Below are positions 1 through 10,022 of a stretch of DNA of 64,000 bases, one piece after another (the first letter of the stretch is position 1; the number at the start of each line of letters is the position of its first letter). Under the pieces are notes generated by a model, which saw only the letters and a list, made by a program, of their open reading frames with translations, was not told the DNA's origin and made no database searches. The position numbers and the translations under genes are program-made. The stretch is from Candidatus Krumholzibacteriia bacterium (GTDB taxonomy: Bacteria; Krumholzibacteriota; Krumholzibacteriia; Krumholzibacteriales; Krumholzibacteriaceae): NCBI GenBank assembly GCA_963836185.1, contig CAWIIQ010000001.1, positions 928,001-992,000 on the forward strand. The letters run 5' to 3'.

Positions 1-407
1 TGTGAAAGCAGGAGCACTCCGTCCGCTTCGAGTGGTTCGGAGCAGAGTTCATAGTCCATCAGCTCGCCCTTGAACGTTTCCGAGCGGTTCGAAATGAGTA
101 TAGGGACACCCATAAAATTCTTTGTAAACCCATTTCTTGCAGCACTTTCCAGGTATCCTGCCTCGTTGTTCCTCGGGCTGGAATAGACCACGGGAGAGTC
201 GAATATGAAGGGCCTGCACCCACGCGCCACGAGAGTGTCGATCACCTTTTTCGCGAGTTGCGGTGTGAGGTGTGTCCTGTTTCCTGGTTCTCCCATGTGC
301 AACTTTACGAGGATCGAATCGCCATCAGAAAACACGTCGTCGAATTCTTTCTCAAGAAATTCAACGAGGGTGTTTTCATTTTTTATGTGTGTCACATCAC
401 TTGTCAT
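1..407 (-). CDS. DUF362-family (Fe-S associated) protein, 3' end runs off the window
   Basis: Manual translation from ATG at 407: MTSDVTHIKNENTLVEFLEKEF...DSILVKLHMGEPGNRTHL...PFIFDSPVVY...; VKLHxGExGN is typical of DUF362. Not in the ORF track because there is no stop in the window. Confidence 0.75.
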   Translation of the reverse strand, partial: MTSDVTHIKNENTLVEFLEKEFDDVFSDGDSILVKLHMGEPGNRTHLTPQLAKKVIDTLVARGCRPFIFDSPVVYSSPRNNEAGYLESAARNGFTKNFMGVPILISNRSETFKGELMDYELCSEPLEADGVLLLS

Positions 408-563
408 TGAGTTGATCTTTTCCTTTGTAAGGTAGAGAAAAAAATTTTGTTTGTTCGGCGTCCATGATAGCAACGTGAAAATATCATGTCAATGTGTGCT
501 TCTGTCTATGAAGTATGCCGCAAAAAATAATATGATTTTATTTCAAAAAAAGAATTAAAAGTC

Positions 564-591
564 TTGACACTTTTTTTCACAGGTTTATAAC
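564..591 (+). promoter_or_regulatory. sigma70-type promoter for the histone-like gene
   Basis: TTGACA (564-569), 16 bp spacer, TATAAC (586-591), preceded by A/T tracts (UP-like). Confidence 0.65.
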
Positions 592-703
592 ATGGATTCA
601 ATTAAAGCAGGGTTGCTTTCACTCTTACATCTGCGCTTGACTTGAAACGTGAAGGTGATGGTGTTCGCTGGTAGGCTTTCAACCTTTTCAAAGGGGTGGG
701 CAG

Positions 704-1147
704 ATGGCCGCGAAGGCAAAGACCAAGAAGAAAGCCAAGGCTAAGACCAAGAGAAAGGTCAAAGTCAAGGCTAAGAAGAAGCCGAAGGCCAAGACCAAGA
801 AGAAGGTCAAGGCCAAGGCCAAGAAGAAGCCGAAGGCTAAAGCCAAAAAGAAGGCTAAAGCCAAGAAGAAGGTAAAGGCCAAAGCCAAGAAGAAGCCGAA
901 GGCTAAAGCCAAGAAGAAGGTCAAGGCCAAAGCTAAGAAGAAGCCGAAGGCTAAGGCCAAGAAGAAGGTCAAGGCAAAGAAGAAGCCGAAGGCTAAAGCC
1001 AAGAAGAAGGTCAAAGCCAAAGCTAAGAAGAAGCCGAAGGCTAAGGCCAAGAAGAAGGCTAAAGCTAAGCCCAAGACCAAGGCTAAAGCTAAGCCCAAGA
1101 CCAAGGCCAAAGCCAAGAAGAAGACCAAAGCTAAGAAGAAAAAATAG
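704..1147 (+). CDS. Histone H1-like Lys/Ala-rich nucleoid-associated protein
   Basis: 147 aa made almost entirely of KAKAKKK(P/V/A) repeats; purine-rich RBS-like AAGGGGTGG upstream, promoter and terminator flank the ORF. Confidence 0.85.
   Translation: MAAKAKTKKKAKAKTKRKVKVKAKKKPKAKTKKKVKAKAKKKPKAKAKKKAKAKKKVKAKAKKKPKAKAKKKVKAKAKKKPKAKAKKKVKAKKKPKAKAKKKVKAKAKKKPKAKAKKKAKAKPKTKAKAKPKTKAKAKKKTKAKKKK
740..1144 (+). repeat. Degenerate ~24-bp coding tandem repeat (aaggc[ct]aa[ag]gccaagaagaagnnn)
   Basis: Visible periodicity in the DNA matching the 8-aa KAKAKKKP/V unit, with synonymous variation. Confidence 0.8.
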
Positions 1148-1182
1148 CGGGTCTTCGCAAATCTGAGTAATATCGGATAAGA

Positions 1183-1214
1183 GCGGGAAGCCACAGCGGC
1201 TTCCCGCTTTCTTT
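1183..1214 (+). terminator. Intrinsic terminator
   Basis: GCGGGAAGCC-acagc-GGCTTCCCGC followed by TTTCTTT. Confidence 0.8.
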
Positions 1215-1220
1215 ATTGTA

Positions 1221-1249
1221 TTGACATCGCTACATACTGGATAAATAAT
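1221..1249 (+). promoter_or_regulatory. sigma70-type promoter of the polyamine operon
   Basis: TTGACA-17 bp-AATAAT. Confidence 0.55.
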
Positions 1250-1285
1250 TCCCCCCACTGATACTTTTACCAAAGAGGTGCTGAA

Positions 1286-1840
1286 TTGGCTGGAATCGTG
1301 CCGACGAGGGTCTTTCTTACGAAAGGCGCGGGGAGTCACAGGGAGAAGCTGACAAGTTTCGAGCTCGCTCTGAGAAGTGCGGGGATCGCACACCTGAACA
1401 TAGTCCAGGTCTCCAGTATCTTCCCGCCGGACTGCGTCCTGGTGACCAGAGTAAAAGGTATCGAGTACCTTGCACCCGGACAGATAGTCCATTGCGTTCT
1501 GAGCAGAAATAGTTCCAATGAACCGAACAGGCATATCGGCGTAGCGGTCGGGCTTGCCATACCTAAAGACAGGGAACGGTACGGATACATATCCGAGCAC
1601 CATGATTTCGGAATCAAGCAGAAGCAGCTCGGCGACTATGCGGAGGACCTGGCGGCATCGATGCTCGCGTCTACGTTCGGCATCGACATAGATCTCGAAC
1701 AGGCTTGGGACGCAAAAAAGCAGCAGTTCAAGATCGCGGGTGAGATAGTCCGCACAACGAATATCACGCAGACGGCAGTCTGCAGGGCGGGAGTATGGAC
1801 GACTGTAGTCTCGGCGGCTGTCTTCTGCAGCTACGAGTAG
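1286..1840 (+). CDS. pdaD: Pyruvoyl-dependent arginine decarboxylase
   Basis: FLTKGxG, SFELALRxAGIA, NIVQVSSIFP (SS autocleavage site), GYISEHH, YAEDLAASMLA; TTG start after GAGGTG. Confidence 0.9.
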   Translation: MAGIVPTRVFLTKGAGSHREKLTSFELALRSAGIAHLNIVQVSSIFPPDCVLVTRVKGIEYLAPGQIVHCVLSRNSSNEPNRHIGVAVGLAIPKDRERYGYISEHHDFGIKQKQLGDYAEDLAASMLASTFGIDIDLEQAWDAKKQQFKIAGEIVRTTNITQTAVCRAGVWTTVVSAAVFCSYE

Positions 1841-1846
1841 AGGGAT

Positions 1847-2677
1847 ATGGAGACGACGCACGATTTTCTCGGTGAAGAGGCGGCAGCGGAAGAGGACGGC
1901 ATTTTCGTGATAGCCGCGCCTGTGGAGGAGAGCACATCCTATATTACCGGCACGGCCAGAGCGCCCCGCGCCATACTCGAGGCCTCACTGCAGATCGAGC
2001 TGTACAACTTCAGGAAAGGTGTAGACCTCGATGGCGCTGGTATAGCGACTGTCGATACAGGGGCGCGCACTCTCGACGAACTTGTCAGTTTTATCAGGCG
2101 CGAAAAGGAGATGTTAGCCAACGGATTCAACTGTTTTATCGGCGGGGAGCATTCGATCACCCCGGTCATACTCGAGGAGATGAAGTACGGGGAGATCGGT
2201 ATCGTCTGGCTCGACGCTCATTCCGACCTGAGGGAGGAGTATCTCGGCAACCCGCGCAGCCACGCCAGCGCGGCCTGGAATTCCCTGCAGTTCGGGAATA
2301 TCGTCGAGATCGGCATACGCAGCGTTTCGAGCGGGGAAGCTGAATTCCTCGCCGGTACCGACAGGGTGAAGGTCTTTGAGAACTGGAACGAAGAGGCTGC
2401 CCGGGCGATCGACGATCTTCCCGGCAGGATATACATCTCGCTCGATTTCGACGCAATAGACCCTTCCCTGATAAGGGCGGTCGGGACGCCGGAGCCTGGG
2501 GGGCTGACCTGGGCCGGTCTGCTCGGCATCTACGATCACATATTCGCCTCAAAGACGGTGATCGGCATGGACGCCGTCGAACTCTGTCCCGACGAATCGG
2601 ACACGGCTTCGAGCTTTACAGCGGCGAAGGCTGTATACGAGGCGCTGACACGTGTAGTCGCCGCGAAAGGAAGATGA
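1847..2677 (+). CDS. speB: Agmatinase (ureohydrolase)
   Basis: GGEHS, DAHSD, SHAS, SLDFDAIDP, GTPEPGG motifs. Confidence 0.9.
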   Translation: METTHDFLGEEAAAEEDGIFVIAAPVEESTSYITGTARAPRAILEASLQIELYNFRKGVDLDGAGIATVDTGARTLDELVSFIRREKEMLANGFNCFIGGEHSITPVILEEMKYGEIGIVWLDAHSDLREEYLGNPRSHASAAWNSLQFGNIVEIGIRSVSSGEAEFLAGTDRVKVFENWNEEAARAIDDLPGRIYISLDFDAIDPSLIRAVGTPEPGGLTWAGLLGIYDHIFASKTVIGMDAVELCPDESDTASSFTAAKAVYEALTRVVAAKGR

Positions 2678-3678
2678 TGAAAAAGAAATTCCTCAAGAAT
2701 CCTACCAGGCCAATAAAGATCGAGCCGGGAATGTCGTGTGACGGGCTGCTCGAGGGCCTGGAAGGGTGCAGTTTCCAGGGGAGACAACTGGCGACAGCTG
2801 CGAAGATATGGGCCGAGGGTCTGGACGACGACATAATCGTCTGGCTGGGCCTTGCCGGCGCGATGGTCCCAGCCGGGATGAGAAGGCTGATATCGACCCT
2901 GATAGACGAGAGTCTCATCGATGTCATCGTCTCGACCGGCGCCAACCTCTACCACGACTATTTCGAGACGGTCGGAAATTATCATCACATCGGTTCGACA
3001 AGGGTCGATGACGAGGAACTAAAGGACGCGAGTATCGACAGGATCTACGATACATATGCAGACGAGGATGTCTTCTTCGACATCGACAAGGAGATCGGGA
3101 ACTGGGCAATGAACGAGCTGGAGGACAGGCCTTATACGACGCGAGAGTTTCTCAAGCTCCTCGGAGACGAGGCGGGGAAGAACTCGAAGGGCGAACATGG
3201 TGTGCTCTCATCCGCCGCGCGCAAGGGAGTGCCTGTCTACTGCCCCGCTATAGGCGATTCCTCGATAGGGATAGGGCTGGCCGAGAAGGAGAGAAAGGTG
3301 ATCTTCGACGTCATCGGCGATGTTGAGGAGACCGCTGCGCTAGCGGCGAAGAAGCCTTCGATGGTCATCTATGTCGGTGGCGGCACGCCGAAGAACTTCA
3401 TCCAGCAGACCGAAGTGACCAATATCGTCAACGGACGCATGCTCTCGGGGCACAAGTACGCGATACAGTTCGTAGTCGATGCCCCGAACTGGGGCGGGCT
3501 GAGCGGATGCACCTTCGAGGAGGCGATCTCCTGGGGGAAGATCGCGGTCGACGCGAGGATGGTCAGCGTCCTCTGCGACGCGACTATCGCTCTTCCGATG
3601 GCGGCAGCCGCTGTGTTGTCGAGAAGAAAGGGAAAGAAGAGGCCGGGTAAACACATCTCAGAGATCGTCGACTGGTAG
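2674..3678 (+). CDS. Deoxyhypusine synthase-like protein (probable homospermidine synthase, SpeY type)
   Basis: LAGAMVPAG, STGANLYHD, IDRIYD, CPAIGDSSIG, GGGTPKNF, GGLSG, EAISWGK (catalytic Lys); overlaps the speB stop. Confidence 0.9.
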   Translation: MMKKKFLKNPTRPIKIEPGMSCDGLLEGLEGCSFQGRQLATAAKIWAEGLDDDIIVWLGLAGAMVPAGMRRLISTLIDESLIDVIVSTGANLYHDYFETVGNYHHIGSTRVDDEELKDASIDRIYDTYADEDVFFDIDKEIGNWAMNELEDRPYTTREFLKLLGDEAGKNSKGEHGVLSSAARKGVPVYCPAIGDSSIGIGLAEKERKVIFDVIGDVEETAALAAKKPSMVIYVGGGTPKNFIQQTEVTNIVNGRMLSGHKYAIQFVVDAPNWGGLSGCTFEEAISWGKIAVDARMVSVLCDATIALPMAAAAVLSRRKGKKRPGKHISEIVDW

Positions 3679-3718
3679 GGTCCGGTCGAGGCGGTCGTGG
3701 TGGGGGAGATGGGAGGAT

Positions 3719-5243
3719 GTGATGATCGCCGAGATACGCTCGGGTGCGGTTGTGGGGATCGACGGGTACGGCGTAAGTGTCGAGATCGATATAGCGAGGG
3801 GACTTCCTACATTCACTATAGTGGGCATGCCCGACGCGGCAGTGAGAGAGAGCCGTGAAAGGGTCGGCGCCGCTTTGCGCAACAACGGCTTCCGGATTCC
3901 GGGAAGCAGGATCACTGTAAATCTCGCGCCGGCGGATATCAGGAAGGAGGGATCATCGTTCGACCTTCCGATAGCCATCGGGATACTCCACGCCAGCGAA
4001 CAGGCAAAGTTCTCCCTTCCTGACGATGTGCTTCTCACCGGGGAGCTCGCTCTCGATGGCAGGCTTAAGCCTGTCCGCGGTGTCCTGCCCGTCATATGTC
4101 ACGCGAAGGAGATGGGGTACAGGGCGGTGGTGATCCCGGAAGGGAACGGCGCCGAAGCCTCCGTTGCGGGCGGGATAGAGATCATTCCATGCGCTGATAT
4201 TATGGAGGCGATCGGGTCATCTCTCGGGCCGCGTCTCCCCGAGGCCGCTCGATCAGCCGCCCGAGGTCACGTTCGAAGGAGAGGGGCTCGACTTCTCGCA
4301 GGTGATCGGGCACCAGTCGGCGATAAGGGCGCTGCAGATTGCGGCCGCGGGCGGGCACCACACGATGATGGTAGGTCCGCCCGGCTCCGGCAAGACGATG
4401 CTGGCCAGAAGGTTCGCGACGATACTGCCGCCCCTTGAAGGAGACGAGACGCTCGAGGTCGCCAAGATCCTCAGCGTAACCGGCAGGCTGACTGCAAAGG
4501 CTCCGTACTCGAGACGGCCGTTCAGGGCTCCGCACCATTCGGCAAGTGACGCCGGACTGGTGGGAGGGGGGAGGCACGCAAGGCCCGGAGAGATCACGCT
4601 GGCCCACAGTGGTGTCCTCTTCCTCGACGAGCTGACCGAGTTTCGGCGCAATGTCCTCGAGACACTGAGGCAGCCGCTCGAAGAGGGAAGCATCGTTATC
4701 GCAAGGGCTGGTGCGGTGTGCCGGTATCCGGCGAGGTTCCAGCTTCTCGCAGCGATGAATCCGTGCTCCTGCGGTTTCCGCGGTTCCCCGTCGCGAAGCT
4801 GTAGCTGTACCCCGGCGGCGGTAAAACGATACCTGTCGAAGATCTCCGGGCCCCTTCTCGACCGCGTCTCCATTCATATACCGGTGATGGTGGTCGAGCC
4901 GGAGAGATTTGAGTCGAACGAGGAACCCCGCTGCTCGACGGGTGAGATCCTGGAGAAAGTCCAGCTTGCTGTAGAGATGCAGAAGGATAGATACAACGGA
5001 CACGGGGAGTACAGGCGCAACGCCGACCTTCCTCTTTACGCCCTGGACAGTTACTGTCCGATGGAAGAAGACGCCCGCAATCTCCTCGACCGCGCTCAGC
5101 GTACGCTGAAGTTCAGCAGCAGGTCGAGAAGGAACATCATCCAGGTATCAAGGACGATAGCTGACCTCGGTACGGCGGGAAAGATCCGCTCATCGCACAT
5201 CGCTGAAGCGATCCAGTACAGGGTTCCGCCGGATCTGCTGTGA
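3719..5243 (+). CDS. comM: YifB/ComM Mg-chelatase-like AAA+ ATPase, split by one frameshift near 4210-4290
   Basis: N-terminal VRESRERV / ITVNLAPADIRKEGSSFDLPIA (frame of 3719); C-terminal GPPGSGKT, PFRAPHHS, LFLDE, AAMNPC, SGPLLDR (frame of 4302). Confidence 0.9.
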
Positions 5244-5276
5244 AAAAAAGCCCCGGAACCGCGAGGTCCCGGGGCT
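5243..5276 (-). terminator. Terminator between convergent comM and acyl-CoA dehydrogenase
   Basis: AGCCCCGG...CCGGGGCT hairpin flanked by an A-run, giving a U-tail on the minus strand. Confidence 0.7.
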
Positions 5277-5299
5277 GGGCGATCGATTTGACTTTAATC

Positions 5300-6451
5300 C
5301 TAGAGATCCCTGGCGTGAAGGACGTCCCTGGCGATGATCATTCTCTGGATCTCGCTCGTGCCCTCGAAGATCCTGTTGATCCTCGAGTCGCGGTACATCC
5401 TCTCGATCGGGAACTCGCAGGTGTATCCATACCCGCCGAATATCTGCATCGCCTTGTCGACGATGCGGTCGAGCGCCTCGGAGCAGTAGAGCTTGACGAT
5501 CGAGGCCTCTCTCGTCACGTTCTGGCCCTGCTCGTACATCCATGCTGTGCGGTAGAGGATCGACTCCATGTTGAAGATCTCCATCGCCATGTCGGCAAGC
5601 ATCCACTGGATAGCCTGGTTCGCCGAGATCTTCTTGCCGAACTGGACTCGCTCCTTCGAGTAGGCTGCGCTCAGGGCGAGGCATTCCTTCGCCGCGCCGA
5701 GAGCGGCGGCGCCGAGACCGAGACGGCCGGTGTTGAGGACCTTCATTCCCACGACAACACCGCGGCCCTCGCGGCCGAGGAGGTTCTCCTTCGGGACCTT
5801 GACGTCCTCGAAGACGAGCTCGGCCGTTTCCGAGCCCCTGATCCCCATCTTCTCCTCGATCTTGCCTACGCTGAATCCCTCGAACTCTTTTTCCAGGATG
5901 AAGGCACTGAGTTTTCCGTTGGCCGGGCCGCCTTTCATCTTTGCGAAAGTCGTGAAGACATCGGCGAAGCTGCCGTTGGTGATGAATATCTTTCGTCCGT
6001 TGATAAGGTAATAGTCGCCCTTGTCCTCTGCAGTCGTTTCCGAATCATATGCGTCTGAACCGGCGTTTGCCTCGGTGAGGGCGTATGCGGCGATCTTCTT
6101 GCCCTCGGCCAGGGGCACAAGATATTTCTGCTTCTGCTCCTCAGTACCGAACATGTAGATGCCGGAGCTGCCGATGCTCTGGTGCGCTCCGATGAATGTC
6201 GCCGTCGACGCGCATCCTCGGCCCATCTCTTCCTGCATGATGCAGTAACCCATCTCACCCATCCCCGCGCCGCCGTACTCGGGCGGGAAGGAAATGCCGA
6301 GGAATCCGAGATCAGCGCACTGCTGTATGATCTCGGCTGGAATCTTGTGTTCTTCGTCTATCTTTGCCGCGATCGGCTTGAGTTCGTTATTTACGAACTT
6401 GCGGACCATGTCCTTGAGCATCTTCTGTTCATCGGTGAATGTCCATTCCAT
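5300..6451 (-). CDS. Acyl-CoA dehydrogenase
   Basis: YALTEANAGSD, NGRKIFITNG, KMGIRGS, RVQFGK, QIFGGYGY, IFEGTSEIQR. Confidence 0.95.
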   Translation of the reverse strand: MEWTFTDEQKMLKDMVRKFVNNELKPIAAKIDEEHKIPAEIIQQCADLGFLGISFPPEYGGAGMGEMGYCIMQEEMGRGCASTATFIGAHQSIGSSGIYMFGTEEQKQKYLVPLAEGKKIAAYALTEANAGSDAYDSETTAEDKGDYYLINGRKIFITNGSFADVFTTFAKMKGGPANGKLSAFILEKEFEGFSVGKIEEKMGIRGSETAELVFEDVKVPKENLLGREGRGVVVGMKVLNTGRLGLGAAALGAAKECLALSAAYSKERVQFGKKISANQAIQWMLADMAMEIFNMESILYRTAWMYEQGQNVTREASIVKLYCSEALDRIVDKAMQIFGGYGYTCEFPIERMYRDSRINRIFEGTSEIQRMIIARDVLHARDL

Positions 6452-6594
6452 CGGCAGCTCCTCCTTAATGTGAATTCTATATTTTTTAGAATCTTTAGAT
6501 TCTTGTGTGAATCGTCAGGATATTAATCGGATTATCAGGGGTCAAGCGAAATGAGTTGTCCCACATCCGTTCTGCGTGATAACTTACCAGTCCA

Positions 6595-7296
6595 ATGATG
6601 GTTACTGCAAGAGATGATTGGTTCCCCATCGGCCGTGAAGGCGCGACTGACCTTTTCAGGAAGGTAGTTCCGCCGATTCGGAAGGCCGTTCAGCATGAGA
6701 AGGACCCCTCCGTCACCCAGATAGCGAAACGCTCCAGGTCCCCCTTCAGGGTGCTCGTATCTACTGTTATAAGCGCCAGGACAAAGGACGAGGTGACCGG
6801 GGCGGCGAGCGAAAGGCTCTTCGCGCTCGCCGGAACGCCGGAGAAGATGTCCCGGCTGAGGGTCCCCTCCATAGAGAAGGCGATATACCCTGCGGGTTTC
6901 TATAAGACTAAGGCGAAGGCGATAAAGAACCTCTGCCGGATGCTCCTCGACGAGTACGGCGGCCAGGTGCCCGACGAGATCGAGGAACTTGTCCGGCTCC
7001 CAGGTGTGGGAAGGAAGACGGCTAACCTCGTTCTGACTCTCGGGTTCGAGAAGCCGGGGATCTGCGTCGACACTCATGTCCACCGCGTATGCAACAGGCT
7101 CGGAGCGGTCAGGACGAAGAATCCGACCGAGACCGAGTTCGCTCTCCGGGAGGTCCTCCCGAAGAGGAACTGGATCGAGATAAACGACCTGCTCGTGATG
7201 TACGGGCAGACGGTCTGCAACCCGGTATCACCGTGGTGCTCGAGATGTGGTATAATTAAGCGTTGCGGCCGCGTAGGAGTCGTTCGGTCGCGTTGA
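6595..7296 (+). CDS. nth: Endonuclease III (HhH-GPD, 4Fe-4S)
   Basis: VISARTKD, LPGVGRKTAN, VDTHVHR, C-x6-C-x2-C-x5-C; start codon uncertain. Confidence 0.9.
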   Translation: MMVTARDDWFPIGREGATDLFRKVVPPIRKAVQHEKDPSVTQIAKRSRSPFRVLVSTVISARTKDEVTGAASERLFALAGTPEKMSRLRVPSIEKAIYPAGFYKTKAKAIKNLCRMLLDEYGGQVPDEIEELVRLPGVGRKTANLVLTLGFEKPGICVDTHVHRVCNRLGAVRTKNPTETEFALREVLPKRNWIEINDLLVMYGQTVCNPVSPWCSRCGIIKRCGRVGVVRSR

Positions 7297-7319
7297 AAGA
7301 GAATATCAAAGGAGAGGAA

Positions 7320-8612
7320 ATGCGCCTGTTTTCGATGATTATGATAGCGCTCATCCTGGCAGTCCCCGCAGCGGCCGGGGATATCGAATTCAAGGACTAC
7401 TTCACCGACGGCTGTCTCAGGGTGGACCTCTATCACACCGGCACGGCCGAGACCGAGACATACTCTCTCGACGAGCTGATCCGAGAGCCGCACTGGGGCG
7501 GAAATCCGAAGCGGCTGCTCGATACGATGAATCTCGGGGGCCATATAGTGCGCGTATACGACCTCGAGACGAACAGGGAGATCTTCTCGCGCGGATACTG
7601 CTCCCTTTTCGGTGAGTGGGCGACTACCGACGAGGCGATAGAGGGCTTTCCCCGGACATTCCATGAGACTCTCCTGATACCGATGCCGAAGAGCCCCGTG
7701 CAGATACGGATAGACAGGCGCGATCGCAGGAACATCTTCAGAAACGTATACGACCTCGTCGTCGATCCTGACGACTACCATATTACAACCGAGACGAGGT
7801 TCTCGGCATTCAGGACCCGGCCGATAGAAAACAACGGTTCGCCGGCAAACAAGGTCGACCTGGCGATACTGGCCGACGGGTACGACAAGGACGAGATCCA
7901 CAAGCTGCGCGATGACGTGAAGCGTTTTATGAAGGTCTTCTTCGAGACCGAACCGATGGCGAGCAGGCGCAAGGATTTCAACGTGACGCTCATCGAGAGC
8001 GTGTCGGCCGAGTCGGGGGTAGACAATCCGAGGAAGGAAGTCTATCGCGACAACCTGCTCGGACTCTCGTTCAATACTTTCGATCTCGACAGGTACATGC
8101 TTTCGTTCGCTAACAAGACGATCAGGGATGTCGCCGCGAAGGTCCCATATGACCTCGTTATCCTCCTGGCCAACGAGGAGAAGTACGGGGGAGGGGGCAT
8201 CTTCAATCTCTACGCGACCTGCATCTCGGACAACGAGCATGACGGTTACATCTTCACGCACGAGTTCGGACACGCCTTCGCGGGGCTCGGCGACGAGTAC
8301 TACTCATCCGCGGTCGCCTACAACGAGATGTATCCGCAGGGGAATCGAGCCGTGGGAACCGAACATCACAGCGCTGCTCGACGAAGAGAACGTCAAGTGG
8401 GGCGATATGATCAGGAAAGGTACCCCGGTGCCCACGCCCTGACGACTCGCTTCACACCGATGTCGTCGGATGCTTCGAGGGAGCGGGATACTCGGCCGAG
8501 GGACTGTACAGGCCGTATCATACATGCAGGATGTTCGAGAAGGGCCTCATCGATTTCTGCCCCGTCTGTGAAAAGGCGCTCGATGACATGATAGACTTCC
8601 ATACCAGGCTAA
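7320..8612 (+). CDS. Secreted peptidase M64 (IgA peptidase family), frameshifted near 8340 and 8440
   Basis: Signal peptide from ATG 7320 (GGAGAGG RBS); KYGGGG, HEFGHAFAGLGDEY; other frames continue IEPWEPNIT and VGCFEGAGY...YRP...CRM...FCPVC. 3' end approximate. Confidence 0.85.
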
Positions 8613-8632
8613 CCCGCTCTGTGTTCAAAAGC

Positions 8633-8662
8633 AAAGGGGCTGGAGTTATCTCCAGCCCCTTC
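8633..8662. terminator. Probable terminator between convergent genes
   Basis: AAGGGGCTGGAG-ttat-CTCCAGCCCCTT. Confidence 0.7.
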
Positions 8663-8693
8663 TAATATATCACTTCATTATTCTTCCCGATGA

Positions 8694-9197
8694 TCACGGC
8701 CCGAAGTGCATCAACCTGTCACCCCTGAGGAAATCGTCGAGGTCCTGGTCGGTCGAGAGCTCGAACTGGTGATACTCGGCCTTCAGGATCGAGAGATGGC
8801 TGAGCTCCATGCTTGCGATATACTCGAGAAGCTTCCTGCTGTTCGGGTCGCGTGTCTTCGACGCGAGATCGGAATAGAAGACGCTGGCCTGCTGCTCCGC
8901 CTCCATGGCGACCTCGAAGAGCTCCTTCATCCCGGCGTCATCGCCGAGATCTCCCGGCATCGGGACGATAGTGTTCTTGGGGACCTTGGCCTCTACATCG
9001 GGAAACTGGTCAGCGAAGGCCTTCCTCATGAAATCTTCGTGGCGCTTCTCCTGGCCTATCAGGTAGTCCATCGTCTCCTGCATCTCCTTTGCGCCGGCCA
9101 TCTCCTTCATCTTCGTATAGAGGGTCTGCGCGGCCATCTCGGCCTTAATCCCTATCGTGAGAACCTCGAGAGTCGTAAGATCTTGTCTTTCTTCCAT
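8694..9197 (-). CDS. Rubrerythrin/ferritin-like diiron protein
   Basis: Two E-x6-Y...ExxH units (AEMAAQTLY/QEKRH; AEQQASVFY/MELSH). Confidence 0.8.
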   Translation of the reverse strand: MEERQDLTTLEVLTIGIKAEMAAQTLYTKMKEMAGAKEMQETMDYLIGQEKRHEDFMRKAFADQFPDVEAKVPKNTIVPMPGDLGDDAGMKELFEVAMEAEQQASVFYSDLASKTRDPNSRKLLEYIASMELSHLSILKAEYHQFELSTDQDLDDFLRGDRLMHFGP

Positions 9198-9269
9198 TAC
9201 TGTCCTTTCGGGTATTGTCTTCGTAATCGTTACAAATCAAGATATCGCTGTTTCATGTAAATGTCAAAT

Positions 9270-10019
9270 TCAGAGGGTCATGCCCCCGTCAACGACTATC
9301 GTCTGTCCCTGTATCCACCGCGCCTCTTCAGAGAGGAGGAAGGCTACGACCGGAGCGATCTCCTCCGGCTCGGCGATCCTTCCCTGTGGCGCTTTCGCCG
9401 TCCATTCCTCGAGTAGCTCTTCCTTGTCGGGGAAGAAGTCGAGGGCCTCGGTGTGTATCGGGCCGCCCGATACGGCGTTGACGCCGATACCGCGCGCCGC
9501 GAGTTCCTTCCCGAAGTACCGTACCAGGGCCTCCAGCGCCGCCTTGCTCGCGCCGACGGCCGTGTACCCCGACAGGCAGGTATGGCTGCCTATCGATGAG
9601 ATCGCCACTGCCCGGCCGCCCGACTCGGGAAATATCTTCACTGCCTGCTGCATCAGCAGCATGAAGGAGCGGGCGTTCGTGTTGATCGCCTTGTCCCAGC
9701 CGAGCCTGCCGATCCTGTCAGCCGGTCCCAGCACTCCCGACACTGCGTTGGAGACAAGAAGATCGATATGACCGAACTGCTCCTTGATCGACTTGAACAG
9801 TTCCTTGATCGAATTGTGATCGGAAACATCGGCCTGGAGCACGATGCACTCGACGCCTAGCGCCCTGACCTCTTCGGCGGTCTTTTCAGCCGTCTCTGAG
9901 TTCTTCACGTAATTGATCACGATATCAGTGCCGTGCCGGGCCAGCTCGAACGATATAGCCCTGCCGAGTCCCCGTGAACCGCCCGTTATGAGCGCCTTCT
10001 TTCCTTTAAAATGAGACAT
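9270..10019 (-). CDS. SDR oxidoreductase, FabL-like enoyl-ACP reductase
   Basis: TGGSRGLG, NAVSGV, Y-x6-K (YTAVGASK) as in FabL. Confidence 0.75.
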   Translation of the reverse strand: MSHFKGKKALITGGSRGLGRAISFELARHGTDIVINYVKNSETAEKTAEEVRALGVECIVLQADVSDHNSIKELFKSIKEQFGHIDLLVSNAVSGVLGPADRIGRLGWDKAINTNARSFMLLMQQAVKIFPESGGRAVAISSIGSHTCLSGYTAVGASKAALEALVRYFGKELAARGIGVNAVSGGPIHTEALDFFPDKEELLEEWTAKAPQGRIAEPEEIAPVVAFLLSEEARWIQGQTIVVDGGMTL

Positions 10020-10022
10020 TGT

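Noticed and set aside
602-1861. Minus-strand Leu/Phe-rich 'membrane protein' ORFs (602-1861, 688-1194)
   Set aside because: Antisense shadows of the AAG-rich Lys repeat; the promoter, RBS and terminator all support the plus strand.
8440-8442. TGA in the M64 gene as selenocysteine
   Set aside because: The conserved C-terminus resumes in a different frame (CCT GAC GAC), so this is an indel.
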